From Moniliella sp. 'wahieum' (lineage: Eukaryota), in NCBI GenBank assembly GCA_003971905.1, contig RSEE01000023.1, positions 434,001 to 498,000 of the forward strand: a stretch of 64,000 nucleotides of DNA, written 5' to 3'. A program made the translations under genes and the position numbers. The stretch's first letter is position 1. Every line of letters starts with the position of its first letter. A model generated the notes under the pieces. That model worked only from the letters and a program-made list of their open reading frames with translations, did no database searches and had not been told where the DNA came from. Below, in pieces: positions 25,142 to 39,839 of the stretch.

Positions 25142-27752
25142 TTAAGAGATGAAGCACTTGTCTGCGTCTTCCTTCTTCTGCTCTTGCTTCCGGTCCGTCT
25201 CGTTTTCTCTTTCCTTCTCGCGTACCTCTCTTGGGAACCAAACCTTCAGCACATTGCCCGTTGCCTCGTCCAAATTACCTAGAACGACACACACAAGTCA
25301 GAATCAACCAAACACCAAACCAAACCATTCCGCGTCACGGCAGGGTGGACAAAGGGGAGCAACGTACGTTCGTCAGCCGAGCTCACAGCGTTCGGCGCCC
25401 GACACAAGGGGCAGTCATGCCAGCCTTGCTTTTGGAGCTTGACCATGCACCGCATGCAGAACAAGTGGGAGCAATCCAGGCGGATCGGGCGCCAAGCCAC
25501 ATCAGTGCAGATGGAGCACGAGACTTCGTCCAAAGAAGGCAGGATCGGAAGCAGCTGACTGCTCATGAGAGAGAAAAGCATGTGACCCAAAGACTCTTCC
25601 GCCTCCTTTTTCACAGCCTGAGCTGGGGCGGAAGAGGCGATCGAGGCGGGCACCAACGCCTCGATCGACGGTTGAGGGGGGGCGGGCGTTGTTGAGACAG
25701 ATGTCGTCGCACCGGGATGGAAGGCCGTAGGCGAAGGAAGGACCGACGAGGCTGCAGGGGGCGTTTTGTTATTCGACCCACCCAGGCTGAGCCCGGCAAC
25801 GTTGATTGGTTTCTTCCACCGTTTGAGTGCCGAGCGAACGCGGTGCGACTCTTCCGTAGACCCACCACTGGCGAGCGCATTGGCAATCGCTACAGGATCC
25901 GGCAGGACTGGCAGTTTCTCAACACTGCCATCATCGAGATCCGAGGGCAGGGGAGACTTGCCCAATCCGGCAGAAACAACAAACTGCTTCAAATCGGTCC
26001 CAGCTGAAAGAGCGGTACGCTTATCGTGCTTCTTGAGGATCTTGCGCGCCGCCTCGAGGTTGACTTGCTGGTACTTCTTGACGTCCAGAAGAGTTACATT
26101 GAGTGCCATAAAGTCATTTAACGCTTGCTCCGACTGGGCCGACAGTTTATGCGGCTCGGGCGAGGCGGTATGGAAGTGAGAGCCAGGCAGATGAAACGCA
26201 GGAATCGGCTGGCCGAGTGGTCATGTCCTGCATCGTGACTGTGATTGGGCACATCCGACGCAGAGTGCACCCGGTGCAGTGCTGCTGGCACTTTCCAGTC
26301 CTGTGGCGAAGACGCGGAGATGGACTTGGGACGAGGAAGTGTATCTGTCGTATCAATGCGAGAGGCTTGGACAGGTTCATGGAGCCAACCGCGCTGATGA
26401 AGTTGATCGGCAAACTTGTGCAGCCTACGCTCCGATTCATCGGGCGGAAGTTCGCCTGCATCGGCCTCCCGTGTCGACTCAAAGATCTGCGCATCAGTCC
26501 AGAGCTGGAAGATCTCCCGCCAGGCATACAGGTCTTGCTGGTTCTTTCCTGTGGGGCTGGTAGCTTGGCCAATTGCCTGGGTCAGGCTGCGTGGCGGCAT
26601 AAACTCTTTGCGTTGCAGCGACTGAACCGACTGCACAGCAACGAGGGCTTGGGTCAAGATATCGAGGAATTGGGCATCGGCCAAGAGGGGAATCACGACT
26701 TGCCGCCGACGCACCTTCCGAATACGAGGGCGGATCCTACTCACTTCAGGACTGGCCGTGTTTGACTGCAAGTGGGTAGAACGGGCCTTGGCGGAATGGC
26801 GGTGCAGCCGCGGGCTCATTGACAACTCCTTGGTGCTGGTGCCCGAATCCAGCACCAGGTTGTCTTGCAGCGCCAGTTCCAGTTCCGTTTTGGCCAGTGA
26901 GGTGGGAGGAGCAGCTCGGGGCGTGGTCTTGTTGATGTGCGAAAACGCATGAGGGGTACGCTCCTGCGTCTCGTCCGGTTCCGAATCAGCCTCGGCGTCC
27001 GCTTCAGCCGCCGCTTGCTCTTGGGCCTGTACTGAGGTCCGGTCACGATGCCTCTTGCGAATGGAGGAGGAAACGGAGGCAGGGTAGTTGCCAAGCGATG
27101 GGGATGGGAGTCGGACCGAGGGAGGGGGAGGGCTCGGCGTCGCTCTCGTCGGAAGCGTCCGAGTAACTGGCGACTCGATCGTGATGCGGATACGGGGTAC
27201 TGGGTGGTCTGCGTCACCCGACAACTCATACGCCGCATGAGCACGGCGCCCGCCCGCACCATGAACCCAGTCTTCATGCGCATCGGGGGACGAGTCGCGC
27301 ACCTCGACCACTTCAGGCTCGGTCGCATAGTCGGATTCTAAGCTTGCTCAAGGCGGGAGGCGGTGAGGATTTGACCTTGTCCGGCTCGTCTTCCGACGAT
27401 TCCAGCCGGGTACCAGTAGCCGGGTCTGACATGGCAGTGTCCGCCGCCGATCCAGTGTCAGAAGACTTGTGGTGTGAGGGGTGCTTGTGGGGGACGTGCT
27501 CGAGCCAATCTTGAGCAGTGTGAGGCACGCTCCCCTCTGGAGTGGAGACAGCAGTCTTGCGATCCTTTTTGGCGCGGTCCTGCTGATCAAGAAGTTCACT
27601 CAGGACCGACTGGGACAATCCTAAGCCCTCAGTTCGGCTACCACACCATTGATGAGCTTTTTGAGCTGCTTGTATTCAATCGCACCCTTGCGCCACTCCT
27701 CGGGGAAGTTGGGCCGGGCGAGAGCGTCAAGGTAGGACTTGCCAAACTTCAT
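25142..27752 (-). CDS. SPX-RING (C3HC4) E3 ubiquitin ligase, Pqr1/Spx1-like
   Basis: MKFGK...IEYKQLKKLINGVV SPX start; YQQVNLEAARKILKKHDKRTAL; CSICTDVAWRPIRLDCSHLFCMRC...CPLCR; last exon after a GTACGT..CTGAC..TAG intron ends ...WFPREV...DKCFIS*. Confidence 0.9.
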
Positions 27753-29697
27753 CCTGGTCTGGTAAGCGTCAGCAACGCGGGAATGGGGTGATAAGGGGTG
27801 TGGTTTCGGTGCAGGGGCAGGTGCGGGTGGTGCGGAGGGAGCTGGGGGTGGTGGTGGTGGTGGTGGGAGACTGGAGAAAAGGACCAGCAAAACGGCTATG
27901 TGACCGAGGGTTTTTGTGCGTTGCCTGGCTGCGACCGCATGTTCCTGGCGGCTGGCTAGCCATCCAGCCGCTGACAGTGCTGACTAGCCTACTGCCCTCA
28001 GTCGGCGGATTTCAATTCTTCAGTCCCGCCCCACGCACTTTTCAAGCTCAAGCTTGATCAATTATCGCTCCGTGGTCATTTTGCCACAACCGACTCTCAG
28101 ATCTCATCGATCTCATCATCCATGCTTTCTTCACTAGTGACAAGCACTGGATCCAGCTACTGGTAAGGCAGGCCTCTAGAGGCATTGTCCCACCGTCGAG
28201 CGGCAGTTCCAAAGAGTCCCTCCGCAGCCCGCCTCTCTCCCATCGACGCTCAACGTTCAACAAAAAGAGTAAAACTAGGGGCACACAGATATTACTTTTT
28301 CTCTATCGCAACACACAACGTCCACGCACCACCACGCACCTGCCCAACTTGTGCTGCCACAACCGCACTCTCCAGCAGCGTGTGAAATGGGATCAGTGAC
28401 TCATCACCTTATCTACGTCATACGCGCCATGTTTATGCATCATGGAACGCAGTCTGTATACTTTGGGGGGGCGTTCTGAGATCTGTCGCGAGGAGCAAAC
28501 CATACCGGAGAGTTATCGTGATGATGCATGATGCCTATTGAAGCCACAAATACGTCCGTTGCTTTGCCAAGCCCGTGCCAGGCACCCAGGCACTCAGTAC
28601 TCATATGTCAGGCTTCAAGCTTCAAGGGGGGTGCCTGTGCCTGACGTCAAAAAGCCACAGGCAAACCCGACGGTGGAGCGTCTCGTCCTTCGAGATATGT
28701 GCGATGAGCGCGATGAGCGCGATGAGCGGAGACGAGAAGCGCTATGAACGTAGTGTAGCCAACATGACAGCTACTGTTGATCCTTCATCCGTCCATGACA
28801 GACCCGCCATAGACCAGCCCGCTTGCAAATTGTGTCCCGTTCTTCTTGATTGGAGTTAGATACCGCTGCACGTGGCCTTTCGCCAGCAGATCTGCTCAAA
28901 TTACCACGCAGCAAAAGAAAAATCCAGATGGTGAAGATCGAAACCGCAAGAATCTGAGGGGGAAAGATCTCCAAAAGGTCTTTAGCGGGCCTCGGCCCCC
29001 AAATTCTACAAGATCCACGGATCCTTCAGGCGCGGAGCGTGCGGGGGCTGTGTGGAGCAGTCACTAGCTAGCGTGAAGAAGCTCTTGATTAGTCAAGCTA
29101 GTCATGGGTCCTTGAAGTGATTGGCAATACTCACACGTCGTCACTGCCGTCACAAGCGTGGCACCACAGTATGGAAACAAGACCGGGAGAGCAGAAACGT
29201 CGAGCCAGCGTGGTGTCCTCCGACGGAGGGGTTTACCACCGGGAGAAAAAAGCCAACGTGCCCTTTCGGGGTTGAACGTACGTTGAACGTTCAAGTTATC
29301 AGGTGGTTCTGATTGATGCATCATGCATCATGCATCGTGTCCAGGTCAGGTTGAAAGTTCAAAGCAGCAAAGCGTCGCTGGCCACTCGCCGTTGCCAGCG
29401 GCCGCAAGCACTAGTCACGTGACCACCATTACATTCGCCCAGTAGCTTCCATCGCTACCGAACCCAGGAAGTGCTTCTCCAGACTGGCACGAGTTCTGGC
29501 TGCTGCTCACCATGGTTGCTTGCCGCCCATGTCGGCCCGATCCCACTGCAAAAGAACTCCCAGGGCGGCCAGCTGCCAATCTAAAGAGCGAAGTTAAGTA
29601 AACAAACTGAGCAGCGAACAAGATGATTGATTTTGTGCGAATAAGTTGTGCTATAGAGATACAGATGCAACCAGAGTCCCGTGAAATAACGAGTGCT

Positions 29698-32188
29698 TTA
29701 ATCGTGGCGAAGCACACGCCCTTCCACCACTTCGTCGTCGTCGTTAGACGCCGTCCGCTTCGGCTGCGCCTTGGGCACAGGTTCCGAGGCAGGTGTGGAT
29801 AAGAGCGCATTGTACTCATCGTCGCCCAGCTTCCAATCCGGGTTGGTCTCCACGCTGACCGTGTCGCCATCCCGAATGTCGCCCTCGATGATGAGGTTGG
29901 CCACCTTGTTGAGCACCGCGCTTGGATCAACCGGTTCAACGGACGAGCACCAAATACTTCACTGTACCCGTTTGTCGCCAACCAGAGCCGCGTCGCCTCG
30001 CTCACCTCGAGCTTGATCCGGCGCTCATCTGCCAACCGCTTCTCCACCTTGGCCAAACGAATGTCGACAATGCCTTCAAGCGCCTTTGGTGGCAGCGCGT
30101 TGTACACCAACGTGGCGTCGATCCGGTTCAGCAGCTCCAGCGGCAACGCCTTTTGCAATCGCTGTCCAATGCCTTGCGCCCGCTTGCGGTCAGACTGCCA
30201 TCGTCGTTTGTCGCCCCCACCCACGGTACGCCTCCACGCCAATATTGGAAGTCATGGCGATGATGTGTTGGTAAAGTCGACCTTGCGTCCTTGCGAGTCG
30301 GTCAGGTGGCCTCATCGAGCAACTGCAAAAGCGACATTTGCACGTTGCGCGCCGCCTTTTCAAACTCGAACAACACAATCGCATACGGCCGCCGACGCAC
30401 TTGTTCCGTCAAGGCACCACCAGCGTCGTAACCCACGTACCCGGGAGGAGCACCGAGCAACTTGCTGATCGCGTGGTTCTCCGACAGCTCAGAGCAATCG
30501 ATCCGGATCAACGCATCCTGCGAGTCAAACAGTTGTTGGGCCAGCACCTTGCACGTCTCGGTTTTGCCCGTGCCGGTAGGGCCGAGCATGAGTGCCGAGG
30601 CAAGCGGCGGCCGGGCTGGTGGAGACCTGCCCTCAACCGATGGCCTGCGCAAGCGATTTGAGTGCCTGGTCTTGCCCAACAATCGCCTTGCGCATCACAT
30701 CCTCCAGATGAAGCAGACGTTCCCTCTCCCCCGCAGGAGTGAGCGGAGCGGGACACCCGTCAGCCGCGCTACGGCCGCAATGTCCTCCGACGTCACCCGG
30801 TCGTGCAGAGCGTTCCACGGGCATCATCTCCCCGTGCTTCTGCCTCCTCGTTGGCCCGTCAGCAGCCTCCTCTTCCTCAGTGGGAATCTGCTTGCGCAAT
30901 TCGGGAATGACGGCATACTGCAGCTCGGCGACGCGTTGGAGATTGCCTTCGCGAGTTTGGCGCTCAAGCTCCACAGTCGCCTCTTCCAATCGCTCTTTCA
31001 GAGACCGCACATCCTCCAGACGCCGACGCTCTTGTTGCCAACGTTCTGAGAGTGCTCGAGCTCCGCCTGTTCGAGCGAGGTGCTCTTCAAGCGTCTCGCG
31101 CCGAGTTGCACTGGCCGCATCTTTTTCCATCCGAAGCGATTCGAGCTCGATTTGCATCGTCAGTACCTCGCGCTCCAACGATTCGATCCCTTCTGGTTGG
31201 ATTCTTGTTGCAGTCGCAATGCGCAGCGGCTTCATCGACCAGGTCCAAAGCCGCATCCGGGTTCTTGCGCTCGGAAATGTAGCGTTCGCATAGCGACCGC
31301 CGTCACCAAGGCCGAGTCGGCAATGCCAATGCCGTGGAAGGTCTCGTAGCGTGTCCGCAGGCCACGCAGGAATGGAAATGGTGGCCGGAAGCGAGGGCTC
31401 AAATACGCTGACCGGTTGGAACCGACGGGCCAGGGCAGAGTCCTTCTCGATGGTGTTGCGGTACTCGTCAAACGTCGTAGCTCCCGCAACGTTCAACACG
31501 CCCCGGGCCAACAATGGCTTCATCATGTTGGCCGCATCGAGGCTGCCTCACTCTTGCCAGGTTGAAGAGCATGTGCATCTCATCAATAAGAGAATCACCT
31601 TGCCTTCCTTTTTCTCAATTTCTTGCAGCAGCGACTTGATCCGCGCTTCAAATTGGCCGCGCACCGCAGTGCCCGACATGAGCCCAGCCAAGTCGAGAGA
31701 AAGGATCTTCTTGTCCAGCAACGAGTCGGGCACTTCTCGGTTCACGATCCGTTGTGCCAGACCTTCCATGATCGCTGTCTTTCCGACACCAGCCGGACCG
31801 AGCAACACAGGATTCGACTTGGTCCGCGCGACAGAACTTGCAAGTCCGACGGATCTCGCTATCGCGGCCAATGACAGGATCCAGCTTGCCTTCGGCGGCA
31901 AGTTGGGTCAAGTCTGTGGTAAACTCCTCCAGTACCGAAGGTTCTTGGTTCTGGCGCCGGACCACCGGGACCTCCGGGCCCATGCCGCCCATAAAGGGGG
32001 GGAAGCCCATTCCGTTCCAGTTGTTGTTGTTGGCCAAACGGCGAGGAGTCGTGCTGAGCATGCGGGCGGGCGGGCGGACAGCGAGACGAAGGGAAGCGCC
32101 TTGGAGCAGCGCAGCAGAGGGGTGGAGAAGGTGCGTGGTGCCGCACGTGTGGCCGCAGCCAAGTGCGATGTGCAGGAAGCATTCGCAT
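29698..32188 (-). CDS. HSP78: Mitochondrial ClpB-family disaggregase (Hsp78-like), heavily indel-frameshifted; start approximate
   Basis: [97 protein letters not shown]; no Clp N-domain; Arg-rich presequence-like N-terminus. Confidence 0.9.
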
Positions 32189-32844
32189 GGTGGGGAAGGA
32201 GAAGGGGGTGTAGACAGAAGGCAGGGCAGGTATCGTGCGCTGCTGTATATATACTTGCCACGGGCCCGAGTGGCGGAAACACAAACCACAACCGAAGCTA
32301 CGCGAAACATCGAGAGCTTACGTAAGTGGCTTCTCCGCTTCTCTCGGGCTCTCCCGAACGTTCGACAATCAATTAATCAAAGTGTCAGCGCGTCAGCGCT
32401 GACCAGCAGCGGGCCTCAGCTTCTCCTCGGTACACTCTCAGTACCTTCAATGCTGGCCCCCAGCTTTCCTAGTGACGTCTGTGGCGAGTCACTGCCCACA
32501 CCAGCCACGCCCCTGCTCTTAGCCTTCGACATTCAACGCGCAGTATTCAATGCGGCCGGATGTCACGCCACTATATCATCCATCCCACAGCCATCGTTGC
32601 TGGGGGCGAATGCATTGCGTCTCCTGACCAAGTCGAAGGGCAAGGGGATGTGAATGGAGGTGTTCCATTGCAGGCTCGGTACACAACGGAGCCCCCAGAA
32701 TCAAGTAGCAAAAGTCCAACCGAACAGAGAAAACGAAAGAGTGATAGATAATTCATCGATGAATACAATGATGGCCAGGGAAAGGCTCGTAATGTAGATG
32801 ACGCGGACGGCTCCCATCTGTCCTATCTGGGACCCAACCCCATC

Positions 32845-33941
32845 TCAACGTGCACGACGTTCACGCGAATGAGCGCTAGGCGCAGCACCAGTGTTCGCCT
32901 CGTGGTGGTGCATGCGTGTCACGGCCGAGGTGGACGAAGAGCAAATGTGGACCGTGGTAGTTCGCCATCCCTCAGCTTCGCCATAACCCCCCGAACAAAG
33001 AGAGCACGAGATTCGTCCATCCCGCCTCTTCTTCGTCACGGGAACCATCATAAGAATAGGGAGAGCAACTCTCCCTCTCGTGGCCGTATGGTACTTGAGA
33101 TCCTCGTCCATGTCATCCGAGTCGTTGAATCGTACAGCATAAAGTCTTGCGCCCCTGTTCGCTCGCCCGGGGCGGACGGAAGGAAGAAGGCTTGCTCCTC
33201 CGCGGTGGCCGCTCGTCCATGTCATACTCTTCCGTCACAAAGCCATAGGGACCGAGATCACTCTCGTTCAATTGACGCGCTGAAGTGGAACGTGGAGCGG
33301 CGGAGCGTGGGGCGGTGGGCAGCGCAACAGCTACCTTATCCTTGCGCCGCCGGCGCCTCTCCTTTCCAGGTGTTGGAAGGCTTGGCAAGAACAGAGCGGA
33401 TTGGGGTCCAGATGTGGCCGCTGCGGCGGCGGCGAACAATGTAGAAAATGAGCATCGCTACCAAGATCAGCACCACCACCGGACGACCACCGAGGGAACA
33501 ATCGTCCCTGTCTTGGGTTTGGCATCAGGAGTGGTAGAGGTGGAGGTAGTTGGACTTGAATCCACAGGGGATTTGTAGGCAGGGACAGGAGAGGTGATCA
33601 TGCTGTTCGCCCAGCAGGACTTGTTGTCCTTGGGTGGCAGAGTTCAAACGGGGTGCTATTGGCGCTCAAGCCCGACTCTTGGTCGAGGATGTAGAGATGG
33701 TACATGCCCGGAGGCACCATGATCTGGCCCCATTCATAGAGCGGATGTCAGTGCCAATGTTGAGCGTGATGGTCTGGAACTGGGGGACAGCGGCGGTGGT
33801 GTAGATACGCAAGAGCGCGACATCTTCTTCGGTGGCGGTGTTCTCGTAGGCCCACTGGATGCCAGCCGAGTCGCACGCGCGGGCACCGGTGAGGGGGGCA
33901 ATGAACAGGTTGCCTGCTTGGCCGTTGTATGCGTCGCCCAT
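32845..33941 (-). CDS. Hypothetical single-pass membrane protein
   Basis: ORF pieces with consistent codon style; hydrophobic stretch near 33440-33500 followed by a basic run; Ser/Thr/Pro-rich linker; no recognisable family. Confidence 0.45.
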
Positions 33942-34969
33942 GGCTGGCTGGGGGGGGAGAGATCGAGGAGCAGAGGCGACGGGGCGGGATTGCTGCGCCC
34001 CAGGTAGACATGGGCATCAACCATCGACGGCTGCAACCGTTGCTTCCCAGCCCCCGCGGCTGCTTGCTTGCGCCCCGCACGACGTCGCTCAGGCCATCGC
34101 ACCCCCAGGGGCAGTGTGCCTGCACGCGGGGGTCTGATGCAATTGCACATTTCAAGAGCTTCCCATTTCAACGTTCAATTATCGGCCAGAGGCTGGCTGG
34201 CGCTTGGTTGGTCCTGCGCTAGCTAGGCATCCATCATGCAACAGACTCCGTACTCACTCAGTGCAGAGGCACGCCACGGCCCTATGGCACATTCCCCCTG
34301 GCGGGTTACGAGCACATTTATATCTTGTAGGTGGGCAAACACAAAGATACCATGTGCTTGAGGAGGGATGCCAATCGCGAGGGCGGGTCAGGACCGAAGC
34401 AGGCAACGTGAGGCAAGCTAGCCCCCGCTCTGTTTGCCCTTTGGATTCTTCGTTGCTGGTCAACACACTCTCTGAATCGGCTTATCATGTCGATGCAAAA
34501 CGTCTCTCTGCCTGGTTCGGTGCTGGGCCACCACCCGCGCGGCGATATTCTGCCACCGGCAAAGAAAAGAGTCAGCCAAGTCCCTTCGGTCCTGTTGGGG
34601 AGGTTTGATCTGGGCTTGGTGGGCATGCGACAACAGCAAGAGCTATCAATCGTGGAGGGTGTATGTATGAGCATGTGACCTACTTGCCCCCGGGGGGATC
34701 CCTTGCACAAGAACGTTGGGTTCGCGTACGGAGCAGGTAAAGAATGGTCGTAGCAACGTCATGCAATGAAATTAGATGCCCAGTCCAGCAGTAGGACGCA
34801 TCCAAATAAAAATAAGAACATGCGCGTGGAACAGTTCGGGCAGAGCAGCACGCAGTACCCAGCTTCTTGTCGTGAAGGTGTTCCAAGTCGGGCAAGTGCG
34901 CGAAAAAAGACCGCGATTCGTCATCTCAATCGAGCGACAAAAGCGAGGATTGAGGAAGCTCCCCCTCCC

Positions 34970-35717
34970 CTATGGAGAGGGAGCGACGGGAGCACCCAGC
35001 GAAACCCCAGCCTGGACTTGAGCCGCATCCGCTCTCCCCCACAGCGCTTGAAGTACAGTCGAGAGACCCAACTTGCCCTTCCCAGCGTTCGCCAAATCGG
35101 ACGACAGACCAGTCCTCGATGCGGTGCTCGAGCTTATGCAGCATACGCTGTGGCACAAACGAGTGGGTATTTGAGGTGCCAATCCGAGCCTCGATGTCGG
35201 CCAGCTGAGCGAAGCTGGTCCAAGGGCTGTCAAGGGGAAAAGTAGGTAGGACATCTTTTCGTTTAGGCAGGCCAGCACTGCGGGACGGGGGAGAGAGATT
35301 CCATCCTCACTGTCCTCACTGTTGTGCAATGGGCTAAAAGGCGAAGGAGATGGGACAATGGGTTTGCTTGGATCCCCCGGAGAATAGACCACGTGCTCCC
35401 GTACTAATAGGTACTCAGCCAGGGACATGTTGGTCGAAGTTTGCTCCATCTTGGCCGCCATGGGATCCACCAACGTCACTTCGCGCACAAATGTGTCTGC
35501 CAACCCACCTAACAGACGTGTGCCCACCCAGGAGCCGCCTGGCGCACCCCAGAATCCGCTCCAGTCGCAATCGTCCCGAGTCTGGGTCGTACCTTTGGTC
35601 CAACACGTCCATCGACACCACATGGGGCGCGCATGGGTTGGGGTACTTGTTCAGCACCCCGAGCGCGGTCTCGGCCCATGTGTAGGGAAAGAAGGTGGTG
35701 TGGAGGAATTCGCGCAT
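34970..35717 (-). CDS. PRELI/MSF1-domain mitochondrial lipid-transfer protein (Ups family)
   Basis: FPYTWAETALGVLNKYPNP..PHVVSMDVL...LRLERIL; VREVTLVDP...STNMSL...VREHVVY; IEDWSVVRF..NAGKGKLG. Confidence 0.85.
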
Positions 35718-38700
35718 GGTGCTAAGGCGGGTGGGAGATCGTGTTGCGCGAACACGAGGCGCTGAGAGCGCTGCGAAGAGCTGAGATCAGCTCTGAGAGG
35801 TGGTTGCTGGTTAAGTTTGGCTGAGGCCGCAGTGACAGTTGCCGACTGGCCTAGTAGGTGTTTTTTATTTCTTTTTTCACATTGCCCCAGACACTGATGC
35901 CGTGCGGCGGGCGGAGCTGACTCGTCTCGGCAGCGTACTCGGCATTAAATACGAGTGCCTAAATACGAACAGTGACTATCAGTGACGTACCTGCCTGACT
36001 GCATCATGCATCATGGTCCCTTTTACGGGACATGTCCTCGCGCTTCTGTGGGTAGGATGAGGCGCTCTTTTTTTCGCCCGACTGCATGACAGCCGAGACA
36101 CCTATAATCTTGAAGCTTGAAACTTGAAGCTTGAGAAGCGGTCAACTGGTTACATGTAACGAGGAGTCGCTATGCTGATGTGGATTTCACCAACATTGAA
36201 CGATTTCCATATTACACACCGCCACACCCACACCACTGCGCTCTCGACCGGTTCGCCTCCCGTTTCCCCCTCGGCGTTCATTAGGACGAAGAATCTAGGG
36301 TACTCCCTCTCCGTACAACTTTGGTGTGCTTCGGTCGATAGTGGGAGAGGGTCATGAATTTTTCCGCGATCGGCACAGGGAGCCCGACAGGATGACCCCC
36401 CTCGCCCCTTTCGCATTTTTCCTTTGCAGTGTGGTTGTCGCCGATGAGAGAAAGACGTCGTCAACCGAGTTCCGGACGGGGTGTCTCCTGGCGACGTTCT
36501 CTGCTCCCTTGCTGGCCTTCTTCTTTCCTGCGCCGCCCGAACCCCACAAAGAGCCAGAGACAGGAGCGCTGACATCACTAGCAGGACTGGTTACCCAAGA
36601 CGGCAAAAAGGGTTGCCGCATCCGCAGGTAATCTCCCGCATCATATGCAGATCTCCAGGGTGGAAGCTGGGGTATCGTCGTCTCTCGGGTAGCGTCAGCC
36701 CACAGTTGGTCAGGGTCACAATCCTCAAAGCGACGGATGATTGTGTCAATCCCATTTTCCGATGTGTCATTGAACGGCGCGTGAAGTGCATATGCAAGAG
36801 ATGGAGGCTAGAGGTCGTCCCGAGCCTCACGCGAGGTGATGGCCAACGGCATCTGGTTGTAATGGGCGGCCTGGGCGATCAGTAAGTGCACTTCGCGCAT
36901 CTTCTAAGGCCGTTGTGGGGAGGCCGTCTGAGCGCGTCCTGAAGGTCGAATAACCAACCGGCGAGTGGGTGCGGGCTCCCTCTTCCAGAGGACGATGACG
37001 AGCCGGGCCAAACATAATGCGACCAAGGAGAGCTCTATTACATCGAAGGAGTCAGGGTCGAGGTCTGCTGGAAGATCCTTCTTGGAGTGCTTATCAAGTG
37101 CGTGGAGCCAACCGTCCAACTTTTACGGTTCGGGGCGACGAACATTGCAGAGCGCAGTGGGAACGAGCAGGCGCTCCTGCTGCATCTGCATCTTCGTGTG
37201 GGACGACCGAAGCACGGCAAGTTTTGCTCGTCAAACCGACAAAGTTTCGCAGCGCGGGCGGCACGGTCATCCTCGCGCTACGCGCGAATCTCATCCAGAA
37301 TCGAAATCGTGAGCGTTTCGAAACGATGGAGGCGAGCTGCCGTTTCACCCACAGCGGCTTCTTGGGGCGCTGCCGGACAAGCGTCCCACAGTGTCTTACA
37401 GTCGTCAGACTTGTGGTCGTCAGCCTCTGGCGGTCGAAAGCACCCATTCGGAAAGTGGAGTGGAAGTATCCCAGTAGGTGGCGGGAGGGAGACCAGTAGC
37501 GAACGAGATCTCCCCAAGCCTAACACCACATGCTTCACAGCCCCACAACCCGCCCGTCCGAGGTATCGGCTGCTCCCTGCTGCCGCCCCGCGCAAAGGTG
37601 GGTGAGGCCACTCAAGGTCTGGGCTGGGGTTCCCTGCGCAATTCAGGCTAAGCCTTGTTGTCACTGCGTTGAGAGCCTGATGAGGGAATCACGAAGGAGA
37701 CGCAGGCCTGGCTGTCTTTGCGCAAAAATGGGGTTTGAATGATGAGACAGGAAGACGGTACATATATCAGGGATAGGCTGAAGAAGACAAATTTGCACTA
37801 CTGTACATCAACCGTAGTAAACAGATCCAATTCGTCCGATTGGCGTGAAGCGCACAGGAGAGCAATGAATTTAGTATGCATGCCATCTGGTTGGCAGGTG
37901 AAAAACAGAGATGTTGGGGGATAGAAGGAAAGAACATGAAGGGTATATAACAGAGGGGGGATGAAGTGAGGAAGAGGGTCAGAAAAAGTGTGCTTCAAGC
38001 ACTAAAGGTTCACAGGAAGGCAGGCTTCAGCAAGAGTAAAGCGGCCATAGAGGATACCCACCGTCACCACACGACGTGTTGCGAGGAACGTGAGGCATAA
38101 GGGATAGGAATGCCCCCCCCTTCATCCTTAGACAGACTTTGTCGGCGCGGGGGCCAGCCCCGGGGGAACCTACGAGACCGATCATGGGATACGTCGATGG
38201 GATCGATCCCCAACATAGTAGAACGGCTCATGCCCTGGCTCTCACGGTGGGACGGCGGAATGGGATTGTGAGGCACCACGGGGGCCAAGTCCCAGGCAGC
38301 GCTCTGTCGCCGACTGGCCTTAGAACCGTACATGGGCTTCAGGACCGGGGTGGAGAGTTTGCGCGTACTGTGGGGGTTCGCAGTATGGTACGTGGTGTAC
38401 CTATTGGTAGGTGAGTGTGGGCACGTGGACGGAGAACAACAGAGGGTGGGGGCAGGAACGGCGAGGGCGCAGGGTCCATCTCCATCTCCATATTGAGATC
38501 GAGGTCGAACATGTCCGGATGGTCCACTGGCTCCACGGGCCTTTCCCGTGGGGAATAGGCGGTTGGGACCTTGGATCTTGTCCCCATGTCCATACGCCAG
38601 TTTCGACCAGGGGGTGATCAGGCGCTGAGGGCCCCACAAACGGATGGGTAGGGAGATGGACACGGGCTGAACGGGCACAGCAGAGAATCCTTGGGTCGGG

Positions 38701-39839
38701 GCACGACGCTGTGGTTCGCGTCCACGCTGGATGGATGTATTGCGGACCATGTTGCGGCCCCGACTGTTGTAGCTAGGGAACGGGGATGATTGACCTTCGT
38801 CCGTTGGGGTTGAGAGAGGGGCGTCTGCATGGTTGCACGGGGAAAAAGGGGAAAGGGGGGTCAGCGTTGGTCCATATATATGCATGTGAGAGGAGTGGGA
38901 CGAGACCTACCATCTTCGAGTGATGAAGCGCCAATCGATAGTGTGTGGGTGCATATGGAGGCAATGGGGGAGATTGCAGTAGCAGCAGGGGGAATATCGA
39001 TGGCAGATAAGCAAGGCAAGGGTGTAGACGAGGAGGCGGGAAGAGACTGCTGAGGACCAGCCGGAGCGGCCGGCGTGTGCTGTTTTTGGATGTGGTGAAG
39101 ATGGTATACGGAGACGGGGTGTGTGCCGTCGGGGCGTGCCATGGTGGACAGTCTGGGGGGGGAGGAAGGAGGAGGTGGTGGTGGTGGTAGCCGCAGCGGT
39201 AAAGGTGGCCAGGTCTCATTGAGATATGGGTGAGAAAGCGGGCAGGGTTAAAGAGGGTGGGCTGCCGATGGTGCCATCGATGCGGGGGGAAATTTCAACC
39301 TCCCAGCCCACTGCCCCCCTGTTGGACTGCGTGGGCGCCGGGGTCCTGACGCGTCACGTGCAGCGCTCTGATGTGGCAGCCACCCAATGGCTACTGCGGC
39401 ATAGCGTCAGCCTGATGCCATCTGACCGGGGTCAGCTTCGGCGCCGAAAATGGAGAAGATGAGGCTGATGATCGATGAAGCTTGAAGCTTGAAGCTTGAA
39501 GATAGGCCGACCACATGAATGTCGAAGCCAGCAAGTAATCGATATCGACGCACAACCTCCATTTCCATCTCCATGATCCCCTGGCTGGAGCTCACAGTGC
39601 TTACACGCTCATGCCTGTGATGGGCATTGTATCTTACGCAACACATCTCTGATGGTGTCACGCATGAGCAGACGTGAGCGTTTGTGAGCATGAGCCCGCA
39701 GTATCCTGACCGGCCGGTAACCGGTGACCTTGGGATAATGCAGGTACTGACTATACTCACCTGCCGATTGACATGCATGACAAGATCTACGTGACTAAGT
39801 CCCGTTTCTGATACCGATACCGATAGTTGTGGTGATCGG

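Noticed and set aside
36150..39219. Minus-strand ORF fragments as named genes
   Set aside because: Possibly coding or decayed, but with no recognisable motif and broken frames no product can be supported
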